Below the pieces are notes generated by a model. The model worked only from the letters and a program-made list of their open reading frames with translations, had not been told where the DNA came from and searched no databases. A program made the position numbers and the translations under genes. A DNA stretch of 64,000 nucleotides from an uncultured Acidobacteriota bacterium (lineage in GTDB: Bacteria > Acidobacteriota > Thermoanaerobaculia > UBA5066): positions 512,001 through 576,000 of the forward strand of contig CAVZYA010000002.1 of the NCBI GenBank assembly GCA_963779415.1. The letters run 5' to 3'. Shown in pieces: positions 56,828 through 64,000 of the stretch (position 1 is the first letter of the stretch; each line of letters starts with the position of its first letter).

Positions 56828-57538
56828 CTACTTCGGGTTCCGGATCTCTTTGGCGTCCGTGATGAACGCCCGGCCGAAACGGGTCCATCGAGGGCCCTTG
56901 AAGAAGTCCTGGTGCCAGCTCCACATCACGCCAACGGCACGGCCGAGGAGGTCCGTCATCGGACGCGTTCCGAAGAACCGGGCGTCACGGCTTTCGTCGC
57001 GATTGTCCCCCATGACGAAGACCTCCCCTTCCGGGACCGTGATCGGACCGAAATTCCGGAAGGCGGGCCGGTCCGGCAGGATCCGGACGGGATGTGTGCG
57101 TCCGAGCAGGTTCTCGGTCCCGAGGAGGATCGTCTCGCCGTCGTCGGCATGGATCCCGGGGAGGAGGGAGATCGGCATCGCCTTTCCGTTGACGGTGAGG
57201 ATCTCGTTCTTCAGCTCGATGACGTCCCCGGGGAGTCCGATGAGCCTCTTGACGAAGGGGATGGTCCCGCCGTCGGGATTCCGGACGACGACGACGTCGC
57301 CCCGCTCCGGCTTTCCGGTGGAAAAGAGCCTGATCTTCGAGAACGGGATCCGGATCTGATAGGCCGATTTCCAGACGAAGACGCGGTCCCCTTCGAGGAT
57401 TGTCGGCTTCATCGAACCTGTCGGAACGACATACCAGTCGGCAAGGACGGAGCGGCCCGTCAGGATGACGGCGGCCATGATGACGAGGTGGCGAACGTCC
57501 CGGAGCAGCGCCGCGCGCTTTTCTGCAGAAAAAGCCAT
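56828..57538 (-). CDS. lepB: Signal peptidase I
   Basis: VPTGSMKPT, RGDVVV, FVKRLIGLPGD, MGDNRDESRDAR. Confidence 0.95.
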   Translation of the reverse strand: MAFSAEKRAALLRDVRHLVIMAAVILTGRSVLADWYVVPTGSMKPTILEGDRVFVWKSAYQIRIPFSKIRLFSTGKPERGDVVVVRNPDGGTIPFVKRLIGLPGDVIELKNEILTVNGKAMPISLLPGIHADDGETILLGTENLLGRTHPVRILPDRPAFRNFGPITVPEGEVFVMGDNRDESRDARFFGTRPMTDLLGRAVGVMWSWHQDFFKGPRWTRFGRAFITDAKEIRNPK

Positions 57539-57586
57539 GTTGCGAGGATCTTCGCACGTTCCGTGCCGGGCGGTATCCTTCCCCGC

Positions 57587-58009
57587 GTGGCGAAGAAGAG
57601 ACCCTCCTACACGCCGGCTCATGCCGCCTCCGGCGTCAAGGCATCGCTTCCTTCCCTCGAGATCTGGCCGTCGCAGTATCCCGAGGACTACGAAGTCGTC
57701 ATCACAGTCCCCGAGTTCACGTCGATCTGCCCGAAGACCGGACTTCCCGACTTCGCCACGCTCACGGTGACGTACGTTCCCGAGCGGGCATGCGTGGAGC
57801 TGAAGTCGCTCAAGGAATATCTCCTCGGCTACCGCGGGCTCGGCATCTTCAACGAAAACGCAGTGAACCGCATTCTCGTGGATCTCGTCGCTGCCGTCCG
57901 TCCGCGGCGCATGACCGTCCGCGGGGTCTTCACGCCGCGCGGAGGGATCCAGACGACGGTCGAAGCGCGCTGGCCGCGGGCGCGCCGCGCGTCGCGACGC
58001 CACACTTGA
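57587..58009 (+). CDS. queF: NADPH-dependent preQ0 reductase (type I)
   Basis: PEFTSICPKTGLPDF, VELKSLKEYL, GIFNE, FTPRGG. Confidence 0.95.
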   Translation: MAKKRPSYTPAHAASGVKASLPSLEIWPSQYPEDYEVVITVPEFTSICPKTGLPDFATLTVTYVPERACVELKSLKEYLLGYRGLGIFNENAVNRILVDLVAAVRPRRMTVRGVFTPRGGIQTTVEARWPRARRASRRHT

Positions 58010-58034
58010 CAGCCTCCCAATCGGGCCCCATCTT
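58006..58034 (+). promoter_or_regulatory. Sigma70-type promoter for the downstream ncRNA
   Basis: TTGACA-17 nt-CATCTT; the -35 overlaps the queF stop codon. Confidence 0.6.
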
Positions 58035-58040
58035 GGGAGT

Positions 58041-58222
58041 GCCTCGACGCCACGGACAACGGACCCGAGTACGAGTTCCCGAAACCGTCACCTACGGGCC
58101 CGCAGCCTCGTTGCGGGAGGCGAGCAGGGGCCGGATCGGAGCCCGGGTCTCCCGACCGGGAGAGTGCCTCGGCAGCGACCGGCTTGAAAGGGGACCGCGG
58201 ATGCGGTCTCGTGACGGGCGGC
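58041..58222 (+). ncRNA. ssrS: 6S-like RNA candidate
   Basis: ~182-nt intergenic region with no convincing CDS. End-to-end pairings (GCC/GGC, CACG-GAC/GTC-CGTG, GTTCCC/GGGGAC, CCG/CGG) flank internal loops; promoter and terminator on either side. Confidence 0.55.
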
Positions 58223-58242
58223 AAAGGTACCGCCCGTAACCG

Positions 58243-58272
58243 GGTCCCGGCCCAGGAGGGCCGGGACCTTTT
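58243..58272 (+). terminator. Rho-independent terminator
   Basis: GGTCCCGGCCC-AGGA-GGGCCGGGACC-TTTT. Confidence 0.85.
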
Positions 58273-58282
58273 GAGTTCCGGG

Positions 58283-59245
58283 CTACTTCTTCGGCGCCCG
58301 GGCGTCGGCCTTCGTGGTCTTGGCAGGCGGGAACTTCCCGTCGGGCGTCATTCTTCGGTAGAGGGCGAGGCCGTTGATCGCGTCGAGTTCCTGGGGACAG
58401 TAGTCGCCGATCTTCTTCGCGAAGAGTTCGCCCGAGACCCGGGCCTCCGCCGCCCCTTTCGCCTTCATCTCCTTCAGGATCTCGAGCATCCGGTTCAGGT
58501 AGTCGCGTGTCAGCTTGATCTCCGTGACGGGCGTCTGGCTGAACGGACCACGGGTCGCGATGAGCACCTGCGGGTGGAGCGCTTCGATCCTGTCTAGCGC
58601 CGCGAGCCATCCCTTCGGATCGGTCCCGCCGTCGGACGTCATCGGGCAGCGCGTCGGCGTGACGAGGTCCCCCACGTAGACGGTTCCCGATGCGGGTTGA
58701 TAAACCCAGAGATCAAGCTCCGTATGCGCGGGCGCCGTGGTCGCGTGGATCTCCAGCGTCTGCGTCTTCGCGATCAGGACGACGGTGTCCGCGACCGCGA
58801 TGACCGTGGGCGTCTTCCCCTTCTCTCCCTGGACGAGTCCTCGGATATTCTCCACCGCCCGCCGGTTCACGAAGAGGGTCGCGTCGGTCGGGAGCATCGC
58901 GGCGAAGCCGTTGTTCGAGTCGGGATGAAGGTGTGTCATGACGACCCACTTGACGCTCTTTCCGGGTACGGTCCGACTCACTTCCGAAAGGAGATTCTTC
59001 GCATCCGCGGGCGTCGCTCCCGTGTCGAGGAGGAGGACGCCGTCGCCGAGGTCGAACCATGCGCAGTTCGTGCCGCCGAAGCGGCCGGCCCACGAATGGG
59101 CGTCGGTCTGGGCCGTCTCGAACGGAGCGAGCCCGGCGGGAGCCGGAGGAGGCGCCGGAGCGCCGGGGGCCTGCGCGGGGGCGGCGGGCGCGAAGGCGAG
59201 CGCCGCGAGCACGGCCAGAAAGGTCATCGCGAGGGATCGCTTCAT
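58283..59245 (-). CDS. Exported MBL-fold protein (degenerate second metal site)
   Basis: Signal peptide, LLDTG, THLHPDSNNG, AHT, VGDL, ATRGP. Confidence 0.85.
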   Translation of the reverse strand: MKRSLAMTFLAVLAALAFAPAAPAQAPGAPAPPPAPAGLAPFETAQTDAHSWAGRFGGTNCAWFDLGDGVLLLDTGATPADAKNLLSEVSRTVPGKSVKWVVMTHLHPDSNNGFAAMLPTDATLFVNRRAVENIRGLVQGEKGKTPTVIAVADTVVLIAKTQTLEIHATTAPAHTELDLWVYQPASGTVYVGDLVTPTRCPMTSDGGTDPKGWLAALDRIEALHPQVLIATRGPFSQTPVTEIKLTRDYLNRMLEILKEMKAKGAAEARVSGELFAKKIGDYCPQELDAINGLALYRRMTPDGKFPPAKTTKADARAPKK

Positions 59246-60744
59246 GTGGTCTCCTGTTCATCTTCGCGGTCGGCTCCGGGCGCGGGGAGGCGCCGAAGGA
59301 GTTCACCGCTTTGGAAGAGTTCGATCTGGGCCTCGACCTCGCGGGCGAGGGCCGCCTTGAGACGCGGGATTCTCTCGGCACCGAGAAGCCTCTTGGCGGC
59401 GTCGAGGGCGGGAAGGGAGCGCTCCGCGTAGTCGCCGGCCCGCGCGAGGGCGGCGGGAAGGCTCGGCCCGTCCTCGACGAGAAAGTCGACGAGACCGACC
59501 TCGCGGGCCCGTTCGGCGCCGATCCGCGAGGCGGCGAAAACGGCGTCGGCGGCCGCGCCGTGCCCGAGACGGAGCGGAAGGTGGAACGTCGCGCCCCACG
59601 CGGGAATGAGCCCGACGGCCGTGTACGAGGGAAGGAAGAAGGCCTCATGCCCGGCCATCGACGAAGCGACCCGGACGTCCGCCGCGAGCGCGAGGCTCAT
59701 CCCGCCGCCGGCCGCCGCGCCGTCGAGGGCTGCGAGGACCGGCCGCGGCGCCTCGGCCATCGCGACGACGGCTCTTCCCCCCGCCTCGACGAGCTCACGG
59801 AAACCATCGGCGTCTCCGGAAGCCGCGAGAGCCCGCATCACCTCGAGATCGCCGCCGGCGGAGAAGGCGTTTCCGGCCCCGGTCACGACGATCGCCGGGA
59901 CGGTCGGATCGCGCCCGAGCGCCTCGAGCGTTCCGGCGAGCATCTCGGCCATCGCCGTCCCGAGAGCGTTTCTCGCGCCGGGCCGGTTCAGCCGGACGAT
60001 CGGGATGGACCCCTCGAGGAGGACCTCCACCGGGGCCGCCTCGCGCCGTCCCGAGGCGGCCGCGCGTGAGCGGCAGGCCTCCAGAAAGGCGCGAAAGAGC
60101 TTCTTGTCCGAGGGACGCGCGACGACATCCTCGGGATGCCACTGCACGGCGCCGCAGAAGACGTCGCCCGGACGCTCGAACGCCTCGACGAGATCATCGG
60201 GCGAGGCCGCGAGCGGGACGAGACCCGGCGCGAGGTCCTTGACGGCCTGATGGTGGCGCGAATTGACCGCGGCCGAGGCGGCGACGGCTCGGGCGAACGC
60301 GGAGCCCGCGGACGCGCCCGGCGCGGCGCGGAGCGGATGCTCCGGCGCGGCCACCTCTTCGTTCTCGGAGCCATGGACGACGCCGCGAGGACGCTCGGAG
60401 GGGAGGTCCTGCCAGAGAGTCCCGCCGAGGGCGACGTTCAGGACCTGGATCCCGCGGCAAATTCCGAAGACGGGCGTCCGCCGTTCGAACGCCCGGGCGA
60501 GCAGCCGGAAGTCGAACGAGTCGCGTTCCGGGCGGACCTCGAGGTTCGGCGCGGAAACGGTCTCTCCGTAGCGCGACGGCTCGACGTCCGGTCCCCCCGC
60601 GAGGAGGAGCCCGTCGAAGTCCTCGGGAATCCTCTCGCCCGGCACGCAGACGACGATCTCTTCCGGGAGCGCCCCCGCACAGAGAAGGGCGCCGCGGTAC
60701 CGCTCGTTCGGCTGTTTCCGGTCGGTGGCGACGAGGATCTTCAT
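59242..60744 (-). CDS. Peptidase C26 (PuuD-like gamma-glutamyl hydrolase) fused to a crotonase-like domain
   Basis: LAGGPDV, GICRG, VNSRHHQ, VQWHPE; then LNRPGARNA, AFSAGGDL, AAGGG. Confidence 0.85.
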   Translation of the reverse strand: MKILVATDRKQPNERYRGALLCAGALPEEIVVCVPGERIPEDFDGLLLAGGPDVEPSRYGETVSAPNLEVRPERDSFDFRLLARAFERRTPVFGICRGIQVLNVALGGTLWQDLPSERPRGVVHGSENEEVAAPEHPLRAAPGASAGSAFARAVAASAAVNSRHHQAVKDLAPGLVPLAASPDDLVEAFERPGDVFCGAVQWHPEDVVARPSDKKLFRAFLEACRSRAAASGRREAAPVEVLLEGSIPIVRLNRPGARNALGTAMAEMLAGTLEALGRDPTVPAIVVTGAGNAFSAGGDLEVMRALAASGDADGFRELVEAGGRAVVAMAEAPRPVLAALDGAAAGGGMSLALAADVRVASSMAGHEAFFLPSYTAVGLIPAWGATFHLPLRLGHGAAADAVFAASRIGAERAREVGLVDFLVEDGPSLPAALARAGDYAERSLPALDAAKRLLGAERIPRLKAALAREVEAQIELFQSGELLRRLPAPGADREDEQETT

Positions 60745-60815
60745 GGCGCGGGTGGCCCGGCGTCAGCAACACCCGTGCCGGAGAGGCCGGGCGCCGCACG
60801 AGGCGGGAGGGCGGA

Positions 60816-61760
60816 TTATAGGGAGGAAGGGCTCTCCGCCTCCCAGAAGCGGGTGAAGAGGTACCACTGCTCGGGGTTCTCGCGGATGACGCCCGCGAGG
60901 AGAGCCACCCACCGCTCCATCGCCCTGGAGAGTTCCCCTTCGTCCGGCTCGTTCCTCGAGCCGGGGGCGAGGCTGAGACGGATCGGCGTCTCGACGACGG
61001 TCCGATAGCGTCCGTCGGGCTCCATCAGGACGAAAACGGGAAAGATCGGTACGTCTGCGATGGCCGCAAGCCGGAAGGGGCCGACAGGAAACGAGGCCAC
61101 CCGGCCGAAGAAGGAGAGCGCCCGTCCGGTCCCCGAGACGTCCCGGTCTCCCTGCATGGCCACGAAGTGCCCCTCGCGGAGCGCGCGGAGAAGAGGGACG
61201 AACGCGAAAGGGGACGACGTGACGGGGATTCCCTCCACGCCGATACGCGATCGCGCCTCGGCGCGATGCCGCTCGATGACGGGGGAGGGATCGGGGACGT
61301 ACGCGACCGCCGCCGACGCGCCGAAGTCGCGAAGGAAGAGCCCCCCGAGTTCGTAATTGCCGACGTGGGCCGTCAGGAGAATCGCCCCCGTCCCCAGCCG
61401 CGCTGCCTCGACAAGCCTCTCGTGACCAGCGCGGGAGGCGACGAGGGCGTGCGGGTCGACGTCGCTCCGGGAGGTGTACCGGAGAAGGTCGATCCAGAGA
61501 CGCGAGTGGCTGGAGACCATCGCCCTCCCGGTCTCCTCGACGCGGCGGTCGGCCGGCGGGAGGTCGAGGACCGCCGCGACGTTCTCCACGATCGCGTCGT
61601 GGACGCTCTCGCGCTCCCAGATCGCCCGTTCCGCGGTCGCCTCCGCAAGGCGCGCCACCCAGACCACCGGCAGGGTCCGCGCCATCCACCGGAAGAACGA
61701 GAACCAGAGCCCGAACGTCAGGTGCGAAAGCCGCGAGACGATGGTGGGGCTCTCGGGCAC
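60816..61760 (-). CDS. Lysophospholipid / lipid A acyltransferase family protein
   Basis: LTAHVGNYE (Hx4E), MQGDRD, FFG..ASFPVGP, IRENPEQWY. Confidence 0.88.
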   Translation of the reverse strand: MPESPTIVSRLSHLTFGLWFSFFRWMARTLPVVWVARLAEATAERAIWERESVHDAIVENVAAVLDLPPADRRVEETGRAMVSSHSRLWIDLLRYTSRSDVDPHALVASRAGHERLVEAARLGTGAILLTAHVGNYELGGLFLRDFGASAAVAYVPDPSPVIERHRAEARSRIGVEGIPVTSSPFAFVPLLRALREGHFVAMQGDRDVSGTGRALSFFGRVASFPVGPFRLAAIADVPIFPVFVLMEPDGRYRTVVETPIRLSLAPGSRNEPDEGELSRAMERWVALLAGVIRENPEQWYLFTRFWEAESPSSL

Positions 61761-61889
61761 GAAGCGAGTATCGGCCCGGAGGAGGGACCGTCAAGGGGAG
61801 ACGGGCGAAAGCCCCTGATGCGGATGCAGGAGAAGGGCGCGCTCCCGCCCCCGCGCGGCTAAGATTCCTCCCGCCACGAAGGAGGCGCC

Positions 61890-62906
61890 ATGCGCAGGCC
61901 CGTCGTTCTGATCACCGGGGCGAGCGGCGAGATCGGCCACGGGCTGATCACCGCCCTTTCCGAAGACGGCTCCCATCCCATCCTGACCCTCGACCTGAAG
62001 CCGCTCGAAGAAAATCTCGCGCGCCGTGTCGAGCGGCAGTACGTCGGCTCGGTCCTCGAACGGAACCTCCTCGAGCGGATCCTCTCGGAATACGAGATCG
62101 ACCTGATCTTCCACCTCGCGGCCCTTCTCTCGACCCGGGGCGAGTTCACGCCGGTCACGGCCCATCAGGTGAACGTCGAGGGGATGATCTTCATGCTGGA
62201 GTTCGCGCAGGCCGAGCGGGTCTCGCACGGCCGCCCCGTGACGTTCCTCTACCCGTCTTCCGTCGCCGCGTTCGGGCTTCCCGATCTGACCGCAAAAGCG
62301 CGCACCAGCAAGGTGAGGGAGGACGAGTTCAACCAGCCGGCGACCATGTACGGCTGCAACAAGCTCTATTGCGAGCAGCTCGGGCGCTACTACTCCGAGC
62401 GGTACAAACAGCTCTCCGCCGAGCCGGTCTCGCGAATCGATTTCCGGTGCGTCCGCTTCCCGGGCCTCATCTCGGCGGCCACAATCCCCTCGGGCGGCAC
62501 CTCCGACTACGCCCCCGAGATGATCCACGCCGCGGCACAGGGGAAGCCCTACAACTGCTTCGTCCGCCCCGACACGAGGATTCCGTTCATGGCGATGCCC
62601 GACGGAATCGAGGCGCTCCTGAAGCTCGCCGCCGTCTCCGGCGACCACCTGACGCGCCGGATCTACAACGTCGGAGCGTTCAACCCGTCGGCGGCGGAGA
62701 TCCGCGACCTCGTCGTCAACGCGTTCCCCGGCGCGGCCATCTCCTTCGTCCCCGACCTGAAGCGGCAGGGGATCGTCGACTCGTGGCCGGCCGACGTGGA
62801 CGACTCGGCGGCGCGGAAGGACTGGGGCTTTTCGCCGAAGTACGACCTCCGGCACGCCTTCAGCGACTACCTGATCCCGGCCATTCGCGCGCAATACGGC
62901 CGGTAA
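61890..62906 (+). CDS. NAD-dependent epimerase/dehydratase, SDR-type L-threonine 3-dehydrogenase-like
   Basis: TGASGEIG, HLAALLS, MYGCNK, GGTSDYA, RQGIVDSWP. Confidence 0.85.
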   Translation: MRRPVVLITGASGEIGHGLITALSEDGSHPILTLDLKPLEENLARRVERQYVGSVLERNLLERILSEYEIDLIFHLAALLSTRGEFTPVTAHQVNVEGMIFMLEFAQAERVSHGRPVTFLYPSSVAAFGLPDLTAKARTSKVREDEFNQPATMYGCNKLYCEQLGRYYSERYKQLSAEPVSRIDFRCVRFPGLISAATIPSGGTSDYAPEMIHAAAQGKPYNCFVRPDTRIPFMAMPDGIEALLKLAAVSGDHLTRRIYNVGAFNPSAAEIRDLVVNAFPGAAISFVPDLKRQGIVDSWPADVDDSAARKDWGFSPKYDLRHAFSDYLIPAIRAQYGR

Positions 62907-62924
62907 TACCGGTCCATCCGCCGC

Positions 62925-62976
62925 GGAGGGGGTCGGCGCAAAGCGCCGAGGGGGAACCCGAGGCCGGGTTCCCCCT
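62925..62976. repeat. REP-like double hairpin at a convergent junction
   Basis: GGAGGGGG, then TCGGCGC-AAA-GCGCCGA, then GGGGGAACCCG-AGGC-CGGGTTCCCCC. Confidence 0.65.
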
Positions 62977-62977
62977 G

Positions 62978-64000
62978 TCAGTCACCCGCTTCGTCGTCCC
63001 GGACGAAGCCATGGGCTCCCGTCGACATCTCGACCTCGACGGGCTTCACGTACCTCGCGACGGCGTTCTTCGTTCCCTGGACGCGGAGCTTGCCGAAGAG
63101 ATGCTCGAACTTCCGCTCGAGCGCTTCGCCGATCTCGCCGCGCGCGGTCTCGGAGAGCCCCCAGACGGCCGTCTTGAAGGGACCGATCGCCTTCTTCCGC
63201 GACTTGTAGAAGAACTGCTCCTCGGTGTCCTTCTCCTTCCGCTCGTCGGCGGCGTTCGTCCGGATCCAGGCATACATCTCGTCCTTGAGCGCCTTCGGGA
63301 AGGCCGGATGCTCGTAGACCATGTTCTGGAACTCGGTGGCGAGATGGACCTCGCAGGCGCCGTGGTTCGGGAACTCGTGGAACATCTCGGCGGGAAGCGT
63401 CGAGGCGCCGTGCTGGACGGCTCCGGCGAGTCCGTACTCGGTCCGGGCGATCTTCGAGATGGCCTTCATGGCCTCGAAGTCGATCGAGACCTTCGCGACG
63501 GTCCCGTCAGGCAGAACGACGCCGCCGTGCGAGGTCCCCGTGTTGATGGAGATCTTCGAGACGCCGGTCATTCCCGGAGGGAGGGCCGCCTGATAGCCGT
63601 TCATGTAAGCGCGGAACTCTTCGGCCGTGGAGACGCCCTTCCCGACCTCCCCGATCTCCCCGCCGACGGAGATCGTGATCCCCTTCGGCTCCCGGGCGCG
63701 GATCCGCTTCGTGAAGTGCGCGGCATTCTCGAAGTTCTTCCGCTGCTCCTCGGTGACGTTCGCCTTGCCGAGTTCGACGAGCGTGGAGGTGTCGATGTCG
63801 ATGTTGTAGAAGCCGGCGGCGAGCGACTCGTCGATGAGCATCCCGATCGCCGAAAGCTCGGGCTTCGGGTCGGCGGCGAACTTCTTCGCGTTGACCTGGA
63901 AGTGGTCCCCCTGGATGAAAACGGGGCCCGTGTGCCGTTCCCGGATCGCCGCACCGAGCAGGACGGCGGCATACTCGGCGGGACGCTGGTCGGTATAGCC
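62978..64000 (-). CDS. Class II fructose-bisphosphate aldolase family protein, 5' truncated by window edge
   Basis: IQGDHFQVN, GGEIGEVG, GTSHGG, VQHGAS, HLATEFQN. Confidence 0.88.
   Translation of the reverse strand, partial: GYTDQRPAEYAAVLLGAAIRERHTGPVFIQGDHFQVNAKKFAADPKPELSAIGMLIDESLAAGFYNIDIDTSTLVELGKANVTEEQRKNFENAAHFTKRIRAREPKGITISVGGEIGEVGKGVSTAEEFRAYMNGYQAALPPGMTGVSKISINTGTSHGGVVLPDGTVAKVSIDFEAMKAISKIARTEYGLAGAVQHGASTLPAEMFHEFPNHGACEVHLATEFQNMVYEHPAFPKALKDEMYAWIRTNAADERKEKDTEEQFFYKSRKKAIGPFKTAVWGLSETARGEIGEALERKFEHLFGKLRVQGTKNAVARYVKPVEVEMSTGAHGFVRDDEAGD

Noticed and set aside
57519-57532. Palindrome TTTTCTGCAGAAAA in the first codons of lepB
   Set aside because: Single occurrence; AT-rich 5' codons are common and no cognate regulator is evident.
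57539-57586. preQ1 riboswitch upstream of queF
   Set aside because: The 48-bp divergent gap holds a -10 box directly before the GTG, with no preQ1 stem or A-rich tail.

Overview
High-GC (about 70%), gene-dense bacterial chromosomal window with about 58 CDS. The gene content (Acidobacterial-type VWA protein, MqnD, eukaryote-like kinases, strong CTC/GTC codon bias) suggests Acidobacteriota, probably Thermoanaerobaculia-like; this is an inference. Core genes: glmU-glmS-uvrD, mqnD, truA, murF, purE, fabH, lepB, queF and a class II aldolase. Accessory blocks: a surface-glycosylation cluster; a compositionally distinct module of a DUF3604 metallohydrolase, a PPIase, three HupE/UreJ proteins and an outer-membrane barrel; an exported M16/M16/S9 peptidase operon; an esterase/ATP-grasp set; a GAF-(dead GGDEF)/Ser-Thr kinase pair; a Fur-rhodanese-DoxX set; and a C26-crotonase fusion. 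At least 13 single-base frameshifts, including in housekeeping genes, point to an unpolished long-read consensus. Features missing from the ORF track: a 21-aa Lys-rich micropeptide with a structured leader and its own terminator, a ~180-nt 6S-like RNA, REP-like palindromes at convergent junctions, two operator palindromes, pervasive leaderless starts, and a recurring AT/purine-rich motif (ATYTTCTTMGAAGG-like) inside low-GC in-frame patches of four unrelated genes. No CRISPR array, tRNA, rRNA, integrase or transposase was seen.
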